Shown here piece after piece: positions 1-9,528 of a stretch of 64,000 nucleotides of DNA. Source of the DNA: an uncultured Lachnospiraceae bacterium (GTDB lineage Bacteria > Bacillota > Clostridia > Lachnospirales > Lachnospiraceae); contig CAMGZH010000003.1 of the NCBI GenBank assembly GCA_946182825.1, positions 14,051-78,050 of the forward strand, given 5' to 3'. Numbering within the stretch: the stretch's first letter is position 1; each line of letters begins with the position of its first letter. Made by a program: the position numbers and the translations under genes. The notes beneath the pieces are model-generated. The model made no database searches. It was not told the DNA's origin and saw nothing but the letters and a program-made list of their open reading frames with translations.

Positions 1-3000
1 TTACATTGGTAAGCTGTACCGTAACCGTTTCAATCTTATTCTCTGTTGAGGTTGCTGTTTCCGCCAGTCGCTCCATCGTAGTCTTTGAAAGCTCCACAGA
101 TTTTACTTCCTGGGTAGATCCAGAAAGGTCAATCAAAATTGTATTATTCTCTGAAGTCTTGCCCTGGCTATCCTCTCCGGAGGATTCTTCTGTCACCTTA
201 TGGATATCTTCTTCTGTGATCTCCGTCACCTTTGCATTTCCGTTCTGAATATCCACCTGTACATTTACAGTGGATTCATTCTCCACAGGGATCGTATAGG
301 TCTCTGTGGGAGTCGAAGGTGCGGTCTCTGTCGTAGGTTCGATCGTATAACCGCCGCCACCGCCACCGGAAGATGGCTCAGATATGGTAACCGTTACACA
401 TGCGGCTGCAGAATCTGCATGACCATCGGTTCCAACTGCCTTATACCAGACATAGTAGGTTCCTATGTCGGTAGCTTTAGGAATGGAAGTAGACCAGTCG
501 GAAATCGGAGCTGTTATCGCGTTCTCTCCGAGAGCATACTGCATCGTGCCACCGGTTGTCTCTCCTGCCGTTACAAGCTCCTGAGGAGAACCGCTGTAAT
601 TCAGGTTCTTTGTAACGGGCACTTTGGAAACAGTCGCTACCTGCTCCGCTGTAAAGGTATAGGTGAACGTCCTCGCTTCCGTAATAGTCGCCTCTGCCGG
701 GTTCGTATTCCAGGATCCGCCCGTATAACCCAAAAAAGCGATCATGCCCGTGGGTACGCTTACAGGATGCGTCCCGCTCTGTACGGTCTCTGTTTTGTCT
801 GTTATGGTGCCATCCGACCATGTTCCACCTGCTACTTTGTAGGTAACAGTATAGCTAGAAGCGTTATATCCCGTGATCGTCAGCTCCTGATTAGCAGACG
901 CATTTGCCGTATCCGTCGCCTTCATTCGCACATAATATGTTCCGGGAACAAGACCTGTAATATCGCTACCTGTTCCAGCAGTCCAGTTTTCAGCGTCAGA
1001 CTTCTTATACTCCATCAATGTCGTAACGCCAGTCAGTTTACCGTTGTTGTTATCTAGGGTCGTACAGTTCGTTACAGTAGCTGTCGTAGGCGCATCCGGC
1101 GTTGTCTTAGCCGTTGCTGCAGTCAACACGATCTCTGCATTCGCTGCCGGTGTACCGGAAACAGTGATCTGCGTGTAGCTATCGCGGGTTACGGAAATTC
1201 CATTGACAGCTTCAACACTATAATCTATTGGAAAGTAATAGCCATCATTTGCATGATAAACCACATCGGTCATGGAACCGGCCAGATTGGTCTGTTCAGC
1301 AGCACCGGAATCCGTGGTTTTCGTCATTCCTTCTCCCGCTTTGATTGACACATCTGCAGTCTGAATCTCCTCTTCCCACTGCGCGTAGAGAGTGGTATTC
1401 CCAGTGATTTCAAACGTCGCACCAGCCACATAAGGAGTTCCGGTACCATTCGCCGCTGTGTTCCAACCATTGAAGGTATTACCGGACTTGGTAAGCCCTC
1501 CCGTGTTGCTAAGAACAGTGACGGTGCTGCCACTAAGATATGGGCTGTTACTGTCCACCGGCACCGTGCCACCCGTATTTCCGTTCCCATTATAGGTGAC
1601 AGAATACATGGCCACCAACTGCTCCTTGTGGTTCTCGCTGTCATATACCGCCCTACGGTTTGTGGTACTGGCAACGAACATCGCGCCGTCCGTCTCCGTT
1701 AACGTGTAGTTGCTACCCTGGGCAATCGTGCCGGTCCAGTTGTCGTTACCGTTACTGTCTGTCCGGCGCACGCTCATGGTATTCTCCATGGTCAGTGCAC
1801 CAGTCACTCTGATAACCGTACCGGGATACAGACAAATATCCTCCTCTGTGCCGCCATGGGTGTTTCCGTCAATTACTGCGCTGCCGGAGAGATTGAACGT
1901 ACCATCTTCCCGAATACAAACGCCGGCATAGCCCTTTGCTCCGCTGGTATTATTGGTGATGGAACCGCCGGTCATCGTGAACACAGCTCCGGAATACCTG
2001 TCCTGATATACACCTCCGCCTTCCGTACTTGCGCTGTTCCTGGTAATCACAGCTGTACCGGACATATTGAATATACTGCGGGTGTACACACCGCCGCCGA
2101 CCCAGCCGTCTGTGCTGTTACCGGTAATTGTTCCCCCAGTCATATGAAACGTGCCATCGGCCAAATAAACTCCGCCGCCAGTACTGTCAGCGTTGTTTTC
2201 GGAAATCGTACCGCTGGACATAGTAAACGTCCCGCCTGCAAAGTAAACGCCGCCACCGTCATCACCGTTGTTGCTCGTAATCACCGCAGTGCCGGACATG
2301 CTGAAATTACCGTTTTGGATCAACACACCACCACCTTTGCCGAAATCTCCGACACTGTTATCTCTGATGGTACCCCCTGTCATATGAAACGATGTGCCGG
2401 AGGAATACACACCGCCGCCGTTATCAGCGCTGTTGTTGGAAATTGTGCCGCCGGACATGGTAAATGTCGTACCGCCTCCAAGCCCAACGCCGCCACCGCT
2501 GGTGGCTGAATTTCCTCTGATGATACCGCCCTGCATATTAAAGGTCGCATTATTGCAAACTGCAACGCCACCCCCTGCATCTCCGCCACCTCCGGTGATG
2601 GTACCGGTTTTTCCAGTGCTACTGTCGGTCAGTGTCAGTGTACATCCATCGTTGATGATGATGGTACTGTGGTATCCACCGCCAGTGATGGTATAGCCTG
2701 CAAGGTCCAGCGTAACATCGCTCGTGATCGTAACGTAGCCATCGATATTTCCCTCAAGCGTTGTATCACTGCTAATTTCCGTCACCGGCTCACGCGCAGG
2801 CGGTGCGTAACCTGTGAGGGTGATGGTCTTAGGATCCCAAGGCTCCATCCCCCCCTCAAAAGAAACAACTTTCCACGCGCTTACCTTTTCGTTGTTGGCG
2901 TAAGGATAGCAGTATGTGTAAGAATAATCTTCTCCTCGGACTTCAATACAGCCCCCATCTTGGATTCTTAAATCATGTTCCGGCGAAAACTGTTTTTCAG

Positions 3001-3241
3001 AGGTTGATATTTCACCCTCACTTCCCCAACCGTTAGCTTGTAGCGTAACCGTCATACTCGAAGCCGAAAGTTCAGCACCGGGTTTTAAAATATCCCCTAC
3101 CTGCAGATCCTCAACCCAAGTCAAACTCGAATATGTCGCAGCACTCGCAGTCAGACATATTCCCGGCAACATCCCAAGTACCAGCGCCAGCGTAAGGACG
3201 AAACTCATTATCACCTTTCCTATTCTTTGTCTTCCTTTCAT
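1..3241 (-). CDS. Large secreted cell-surface protein, N-terminal part only (C-terminus lies beyond the window start). Signal peptide, PMP-like parallel beta-helix repeats, and Listeria-Bacteroides/InlB-B-type repeats
   Basis: Missing from the ORF track because the minus-strand frame stays open to position 1. ATG at 3241-3239 with GGAGGG 7 nt upstream. My own translation is MKGRQRIGKVIMSFVLTLALVLGMLPGICLTASA/ATYSS, a Sec signal with an AXA site. Nine F(T/H/N/S)M(S/T)GG.I..N.....GGGVY units follow. YSVTYNGNGNTGGTVP...FNGWNT...TLYAQW lies at 1376-1606, and a Gly6 linker near 340-360. The + strand ORFs at 6-2971 are antisense artefacts of this frame. Confidence 0.85.
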   Translation of the reverse strand, partial: MKGRQRIGKVIMSFVLTLALVLGMLPGICLTASAATYSSLTWVEDLQVGDILKPGAELSASSMTVTLQANGWGSEGEISTSEKQFSPEHDLRIQDGGCIEVRGEDYSYTYCYPYANNEKVSAWKVVSFEGGMEPWDPKTITLTGYAPPAREPVTEISSDTTLEGNIDGYVTITSDVTLDLAGYTITGGGYHSTIIINDGCTLTLTDSSTGKTGTITGGGGDAGGGVAVCNNATFNMQGGIIRGNSATSGGGVGLGGGTTFTMSGGTISNNSADNGGGVYSSGTSFHMTGGTIRDNSVGDFGKGGGVLIQNGNFSMSGTAVITSNNGDDGGGVYFAGGTFTMSSGTISENNADSTGGGVYLADGTFHMTGGTITGNSTDGWVGGGVYTRSIFNMSGTAVITRNSASTEGGGVYQDRYSGAVFTMTGGSITNNTSGAKGYAGVCIREDGTFNLSGSAVIDGNTHGGTEEDICLYPGTVIRVTGALTMENTMSVRRTDSNGNDNWTGTIAQGSNYTLTETDGAMFVASTTNRRAVYDSENHKEQLVAMYSVTYNGNGNTGGTVPVDSNSPYLSGSTVTVLSNTGGLTKSGNTFNGWNTAANGTGTPYVAGATFEITGNTTLYAQWEEEIQTADVSIKAGEGMTKTTDSGAAEQTNLAGSMTDVVYHANDGYYFPIDYSVEAVNGISVTRDSYTQITVSGTPAANAEIVLTAATAKTTPDAPTTATVTNCTTLDNNNGKLTGVTTLMEYKKSDAENWTAGTGSDITGLVPGTYYVRMKATDTANASANQELTITGYNASSYTVTYKVAGGTWSDGTITDKTETVQSGTHPVSVPTGMIAFLGYTGGSWNTNPAEATITEARTFTYTFTAEQVATVSKVPVTKNLNYSGSPQELVTAGETTGGTMQYALGENAITAPISDWSTSIPKATDIGTYYVWYKAVGTDGHADSAAACVTVTISEPSSGGGGGGYTIEPTTETAPSTPTETYTIPVENESTVNVQVDIQNGNAKVTEITEEDIHKVTEESSGEDSQGKTSENNTILIDLSGSTQEVKSVELSKTTMERLAETATSTENKIETVTVQLTNV
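1826..2542 (-). repeat. Nine tandem degenerate coding repeats of about 26 aa (75-90 nt each) inside the surface protein, resembling a beta-helix/polymorphic-membrane-protein repeat
   Basis: The repeat-initial Phe residues fall at aa 234, 260, 285, 313, 339, 365, 391, 421 and 449 of my translation. Each unit ends in a GGGV(Y/L/G) turn. Spot-checked against nucleotides at 1801-1860, 2341-2400 and 2461-2520. Confidence 0.8.
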
Positions 3242-3269
3242 ATAAAACCCTCCTTGAGATTATTTTATA

Positions 3270-3323
3270 TATAAAAACCGCCGAACCTGACAGGACATAG
3301 CTATCCTATCAAGTTCGACGGTT
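3270..3323 (-). terminator. Intrinsic-terminator-like hairpin in the 5' leader of the surface-protein gene (possible attenuator)
   Basis: On the minus strand, AACCGTCGAAC pairs with GTTCGGCGGTT (11 bp, 1 mismatch) around a 26-nt partly paired loop and is followed by TTTTTATATAT. It ends about 30 nt before the ATG at 3241. Confidence 0.55.
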
Positions 3324-3395
3324 ATCCATCTTTAATATATTCTGCATCTCCCCAAAAAAGGGCACAGTTCGTTTTGCTTTGCTTTTATTCTTCAT
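3309..3395 (-). CDS. Candidate 28-codon upstream ORF (MKNKSKAKRTVPFFGEMQNILKMDNRRT). Its last five codons cover the 5' arm of the leader terminator
   Basis: ATG at 3395-3393 lies 10 nt after GAAGGGGG, and the TGA stop is at 3311-3309. Below the 60-aa cut-off of the ORF track. No homology evidence. Confidence 0.25.
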   Translation of the reverse strand: MKNKSKAKRTVPFFGEMQNILKMDNRRT

Positions 3396-3488
3396 ACCTG
3401 TCAAGCCCCCTTCGCAATTTTCCTAACAATTCTATCAGCAAATCCCAAAGAAAATTCAACACCATTATGATATAGTAATAACAAGTAC

Positions 3489-3517
3489 AGTATACCAAAA
3501 TTTCAGCACTTTTTCCA
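3489..3517 (-). promoter_or_regulatory. Candidate extended -10 promoter (TGGTATACT) for the surface-protein transcript
   Basis: On the minus strand TATACT is at 3494-3489 with TG at 3497-3496. The -35 (TGGAAA) is weak. Confidence 0.35.
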
Positions 3518-3595
3518 TCGCCGATTATTCAATAATTCCTTCCCCGCCTCTTCATATAAACTGCCACATAACATCCTATCCTCTCCTCACAAATT

Positions 3596-3634
3596 CAAAA
3601 AAGGGATATGAAAGCCGAAGCTACCATATCCCTT
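3596..3634 (-). terminator. Rho-independent terminator, probably ending the gdhA transcript
   Basis: The stem AAGGGATAT/ATATCCCTT (3601-3609 with 3626-3634) is followed on the minus strand by TTTTTT. It lies about 160 nt after the gdhA stop. Confidence 0.7.
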
Positions 3635-3792
3635 CACAAATCTTTTTCTTTTTCCATATGCCCATCCGGACCGGCCAGAATCCCTCTGGAGAAAAGGCAA
3701 AGCGCACCCCTTCCGCAAAGCTCATCTCAATCGGGGATCACCCCCAACCGGGAAAAGCCAAGCTGCATCAGGCTGCGCCATCGCCTGAAATA

Positions 3793-5220
<1,428 letters not shown>

Positions 5221-5224
5221 TTAT

Positions 5225-5253
5225 ATTATAAACACTTTGACACTTTCATGCAA
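5225..5253 (-). promoter_or_regulatory. Sigma-A type promoter of gdhA
   Basis: Minus strand reads TTGCAT, a 17-nt spacer, then TATAAT, about 70 nt upstream of the ATG. Confidence 0.6.
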
Positions 5254-5563
5254 TAAATTTTTGAATAATCTTGATATGTTCTGCATCTAAACTTCTCAAA
5301 AAAATCCAACAAAAAATCCCTGCCTGGAAAATTGAACGCTAAAAAAGCCTTCTGTCTCCATTGACAAGGATAAAATCTGCATGATGTGAAAGTTTTATAA
5401 TTACTGTATTCCAGCTGAGGCCTTCCCCATTGAAAACCTCAGCCAAGTGAAAGTTTATCACATCCTCCTGCAACATGCAAGAGAATTATTAAACTTAATG
5501 TTGAATCTCTTTCAAGTCATTACAATAATGTGACCGAATCAACCGTTTCGAAAAGAAACCGGA

Positions 5564-7015
5564 TTAAACGTTGATCTCAGCTGTAAGTCCAAGCACATCC
5601 TTGTTGGCATCCAATACCGGACGAACCACCTCTTCCAGATACTTTGTTACCTGACGAGGGCTTCTTCCCACATACTTCTTAGGATCCATGGACTTCTTCA
5701 ATGTCTCAAGATCAACCGGGAAGGTATCATCCTCTGCGATCAGCTCAAGAAGATTGTTGTCCCCTCCCATTTCCTTCACATTCTTGCCGGCCTTCATGGA
5801 GAGCTGACGAATCTCCTCATGAAGCTCCTGACGGTTACCACCATTTTTAACACAATCCATCATAATGTTCTCTGTTGCCATAAATGGGAGCTCTGACATC
5901 AGGCGCTTCTCGATAACCTTCGGATATACAACCAGTCCATCCACAACGTTCATGCAAAGATCCAGTACACCATCAATGGTAAGGAAGCCCTCTGCAACAG
6001 ACAGACGCTTGTTGGCAGAGTCATCCAGTGTTCTCTCAAACCACTGGGTTGCTGATGTAATTGCCGGATTCAGTGCATCGATCATCACGTAACGAGAAAG
6101 AGATGCAATACGCTCAGAACGCATTGGATTACGCTTGTATGCCATTGCAGAAGATCCGATCTGGTTCTTCTCGAAGGGCTCCTCAACCTCCTTCAGATGC
6201 TGAAGAAGACGGATATCGTTGCTCATCTTGTGGGCAGAAGCAGCCACACCTGCCAGAACGTTAACGACCCTTGTATCCAGCTTTCTGGAGTAGGTCTGTC
6301 CGGAAACAGGAACACAGGAATCAAAGCCCATCTTCTTGGCGATGGTAGGATCGATCTTATCGATGGTCTCATCGTCTCCGTTGAACAGCTCAAGGAAAGA
6401 AGCCTGTGTACCGGTAGTACCCTTAGAACCTAAAAGCTTCATGGTTGAGATCACATAGTCAATGTCCTCAAGATCCATCATGAACTCGTTGCACCACAAA
6501 GTTGCTCTCTTACCAACAGTTGTAGGCTGTGCCGGCTGGAAATGTGTGAAAGCAAGCGTCGGCTGATCCTTGTAGGTATCGGCAAATTTTGCAAGCTCTG
6601 CGATGACGTTTAAGACTTTCTTACGAACAAGCTCAAGTCCCTCACGCATAATGATCACATCCGTATTATCACCAACGTAGCAGCTTGTAGCACCTAAGTG
6701 AATGATTCCGGCAGCCTTTGGGCACTGCTTACCGTAAGCATACACATGGCTCATAACATCATGACGAACTTCCTTCTCGCGCGCACGGGCAACATCATAG
6801 TTGATATCCGTGATGTGCTGCTTCATTTCGTCGATCATATCCTGCGTGATGACAGGCTTTCCATCCTCAGACAGGCCAAGCTCCATCTCAGTCTCAGCCA
6901 GAGCGATCCATAATCTTCTCCAGGTAGAGAACTTCTTGTCCTCAGAGAATATATACTGCATCTCCTTGCTGGCATAACGCTCGGAAAGGGGGCTAATATA
7001 ACGATCTGTACCCAT
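5564..7015 (-). CDS. purB: Adenylosuccinate lyase
   Basis: 483 aa with the fumarate-lyase signature GSSAMAYKRNPMRSE and a typical PurB N-terminus, YISPLSERYASKEM. Confidence 0.95.
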   Translation of the reverse strand: MGTDRYISPLSERYASKEMQYIFSEDKKFSTWRRLWIALAETEMELGLSEDGKPVITQDMIDEMKQHITDINYDVARAREKEVRHDVMSHVYAYGKQCPKAAGIIHLGATSCYVGDNTDVIIMREGLELVRKKVLNVIAELAKFADTYKDQPTLAFTHFQPAQPTTVGKRATLWCNEFMMDLEDIDYVISTMKLLGSKGTTGTQASFLELFNGDDETIDKIDPTIAKKMGFDSCVPVSGQTYSRKLDTRVVNVLAGVAASAHKMSNDIRLLQHLKEVEEPFEKNQIGSSAMAYKRNPMRSERIASLSRYVMIDALNPAITSATQWFERTLDDSANKRLSVAEGFLTIDGVLDLCMNVVDGLVVYPKVIEKRLMSELPFMATENIMMDCVKNGGNRQELHEEIRQLSMKAGKNVKEMGGDNNLLELIAEDDTFPVDLETLKKSMDPKKYVGRSPRQVTKYLEEVVRPVLDANKDVLGLTAEINV

Positions 7016-7043
7016 ATATGTAAACTCCTTATTGTATGATTAA

Positions 7044-8492
7044 TTATTTCTGATAGTCACCGCGGATATCCTGCTTTGGCGGCTCAAGGGGATAAGAACC
7101 GGTGAAGCATCCGTCACAGATTCCAAGACCGTCAACCATCTGGCGTAACCGGTCGATGGATAAGTATCCAAGAGAATCCGCACCAATGATCTTACGGATA
7201 TCTTCAATGGATCTGTTGTAAGCGATCAGCTGCTCCCTTACCGGGATATCGGTACCGAAATAGCAGGGCCACAGGAACGGTGGAGATGAGATCCTTACAT
7301 GAACCTCTGTCGCTCCCGCTTCCTTCAGCATGCCTACAATACGATCGGAGGTCGTACCACGAACGATGGAATCATCGATCATAATGACACGCTTTCCTGC
7401 TACTGCTTCGCGAAGAACATTTAACTTTACGCGTACAGAGGATTCCCTACTACTCTGTCCCGGCTTAATGAAGGTTCTTCCCACATAACTGTTTTTAACA
7501 AAAGCGGTTCCGTAAGGAATTCCGGATTCAAGGGCGTATCCCATTGCTGCAGCATTACCGGATTCCGGAACGCCCACAACAAGATCTGCCTCCACCGGCG
7601 AATCCTGCGCAAGGAAACGACCGGCCTTGATTCTGGCATCATATACGGAAACTCCATCAATATAACTGTCAAGGCGGGCAAAATAAATGTACTCAAAGAT
7701 ACATCTTGCTTCCTTTGCCTTTGGAAGGCAACGGCTTGTATCGGAATGAAGCACTCCGTCAGAAGTTACCCATACCGTTTCACCCGGAAGTACATCGCGG
7801 ACAAACTCTGCTCCAATGGTATCAAGGGCTGCTGTCTCGGATGTAAAGATATACGCACTTCCTCTTTTACCGATCACAAGTGGCTTAAAACCAAAGGGAT
7901 CACGGGCTCCGATGAGTTTTCTCGGACTCATGACCACAAGGGAGTAGGCTCCCTTAAGCTGGGTGCAGGCACGACCCACCGCCTCTTCAACGGTTGCAGA
8001 ATGCAGTCGCTCTCTTGCGATCAGGTATGCGATCGGCTCAGTATCAATGGTGGACTGGAAGATGGCTCCGGTCTCAGATAAATGATCCCGAAGCTCATTG
8101 GCATTGATCAGATTACCGTTGTGAGCCAGTCCCAGGGTTCCTTTGATGTAATTTAAAACGAGGGGCTGCGCATTTTCTCTGGTGGATTCACCAGCTGTTG
8201 AGTAACGGACATGACCTACGCCGATGTTGCCATGCAATGTTGCAAGCTTTTTCGCATCAAATACTTCATTGACAAGTCCCATATCCTTGTAGGAATCAAC
8301 GACTCCCTTGGGTCCGCTTGTGTCTGAAACCGCAATACCGGCACTTTCCTGTCCTCTGTGCTGCAGGGCAAACAAACCGTAATAGATGGTGGAGGCTACA
8401 TCGGTACCTTCCTCCTGATCGTAGATACCAAATACGCCGCACTCTTCTCCTAAACCGGATACGCCCCGATCTTTAATTTTCTTAATTTCCAT
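7044..8492 (-). CDS. purF: Amidophosphoribosyltransferase (glutamine PRPP amidotransferase)
   Basis: Propeptide followed by the catalytic Cys in EECGVFGI, and the PRTase motif VIMIDDSIVRGTT. Start taken at MEIKKIK (8492). The longer TTG start at 8543 has no RBS, so the start is uncertain. Confidence 0.92.
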   Translation of the reverse strand: MEIKKIKDRGVSGLGEECGVFGIYDQEEGTDVASTIYYGLFALQHRGQESAGIAVSDTSGPKGVVDSYKDMGLVNEVFDAKKLATLHGNIGVGHVRYSTAGESTRENAQPLVLNYIKGTLGLAHNGNLINANELRDHLSETGAIFQSTIDTEPIAYLIARERLHSATVEEAVGRACTQLKGAYSLVVMSPRKLIGARDPFGFKPLVIGKRGSAYIFTSETAALDTIGAEFVRDVLPGETVWVTSDGVLHSDTSRCLPKAKEARCIFEYIYFARLDSYIDGVSVYDARIKAGRFLAQDSPVEADLVVGVPESGNAAAMGYALESGIPYGTAFVKNSYVGRTFIKPGQSSRESSVRVKLNVLREAVAGKRVIMIDDSIVRGTTSDRIVGMLKEAGATEVHVRISSPPFLWPCYFGTDIPVREQLIAYNRSIEDIRKIIGADSLGYLSIDRLRQMVDGLGICDGCFTGSYPLEPPKQDIRGDYQK

Positions 8493-8555
8493 TTTTATCC
8501 AATCTTTGTCTCTATAAAAGGGCCAAAGGGCCACTAAGCTCAAAGGTTACAAATA

Positions 8556-9434
8556 CTACCAGGATAACTCCTTACCTGTTAAAAGAGTATAAGCCTCCTT
8601 ATACTTGGCAATTGTCTTATCAATTACATCTGCCGGCAGGTCGTAGTTGCTGTCCGGATTCGCCTTCAGCCAATCACGAACGAACTGCTTATCGAAGGAA
8701 GGCTGACCCTGACCGCTCTTGTAACCTTCTGCAGGCCAGAAACGGGAAGAATCTGGTGTCAGCATTTCATCACCCAGTACAACGTTTCCGTTCTCATCCA
8801 GACCGAACTCAAACTTTGTATCTGCAATGATGATACCCTTGGAGCGGGCATAATCTGCGCACTTCTTATATAAAGCGATGGTACAGTCACGAAGCTTTGT
8901 TGCGTACTCTTCTCCCTTACCCGGGAACTGCTTCTCTAAAATATCTACAGACTCTTCAAATGTAATGTGCTCATCATGGTCACCAAGATCTGCCTTAGTG
9001 GTTGGTGTGTAGATCGGCTCAGGAAGCTGATCGGACTCAACAAGACCCTCAGGAAGCTTGATACCGCAAACAGTACCGTTCTCCTTATAAGACTCCCAAC
9101 CGGAACCTGTAATATATCCACGAACAATACACTCAATCGGAAGCATTGTCAGCTTCTGACACTTCATAGCTCTTCCTGCATAATTCTCATTCTGGAAGAA
9201 CTCCGGCATATCCTTAACATCGGTGGACTCCATGTGATTTGGAAGGACGTCTTTGGTATAGTCAAACCAGAACTTTGACATCTGAGTCAGAACACGGCCC
9301 TTATCCGTTACCTTATTCTTTAAAATTACGTCAAAAGCAGAGATACGGTCTGTTGCGACCATAATAATAGAATCTCCATTATCATATACCTCACGTACTT
9401 TGCCTTCCTTCATTGGCTTTAATTCGCTCATCAC
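8556..9434 (-). CDS. purC: Phosphoribosylaminoimidazole-succinocarboxamide (SAICAR) synthase
   Basis: 292 aa, with GKVREVYD...ATDRISAFD typical of the long PurC form. Confidence 0.93.
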   Translation of the reverse strand: MMSELKPMKEGKVREVYDNGDSIIMVATDRISAFDVILKNKVTDKGRVLTQMSKFWFDYTKDVLPNHMESTDVKDMPEFFQNENYAGRAMKCQKLTMLPIECIVRGYITGSGWESYKENGTVCGIKLPEGLVESDQLPEPIYTPTTKADLGDHDEHITFEESVDILEKQFPGKGEEYATKLRDCTIALYKKCADYARSKGIIIADTKFEFGLDENGNVVLGDEMLTPDSSRFWPAEGYKSGQGQPSFDKQFVRDWLKANPDSNYDLPADVIDKTIAKYKEAYTLLTGKELSW

Positions 9435-9468
9435 ACTTTCCTTTCTGTCCTTAACTTTTTAACTATTT

Positions 9469-9516
9469 AAAAAAGCACCGATAACAGCCTCAAGAAGAAT
9501 GAGGCTGTTCTGGTGC
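9469..9516 (-). terminator. Rho-independent terminator after gpmI
   Basis: GCACC(G)ATAACAGCCTCA pairs with TGAGGCTGTT(C)TGGTGC over 9475-9516, flanked by an A-run and a T-run. Confidence 0.75.
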
Positions 9517-9528
9517 ATTTTTACGAAA

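Noticed and set aside
200-2971. + strand ORFs of 100-285 aa in the ORF track (200-1057, 1856-2509, 2394-2696, 2669-2971).
   Set aside because: They are antisense to the continuous minus-strand surface-protein frame. Their products are low-complexity or Cys/Arg-rich, they have no RBS, and the minus-frame product has clear domain structure.
3330-3420. Possible c-di-GMP riboswitch in the adhesin leader (AAAGCAAAGCAAAAC resembles the GCAAA-rich GEMM core).
   Set aside because: I could not find the conserved ACGCAAAGC/GGCAAAC elements or the paired-helix architecture. This cannot be settled without an Infernal scan, so it is reported only as a generic structured leader.
3520-3590. 23-codon ORF MLCGSLYEEAGKELLNNRRWKKC with a GAGGAGAGG RBS, downstream of the gdhA terminator.
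   Set aside because: It lies upstream of the only plausible promoter in the spacer, has no recognisable family, and is very short. There is not enough evidence to call it.
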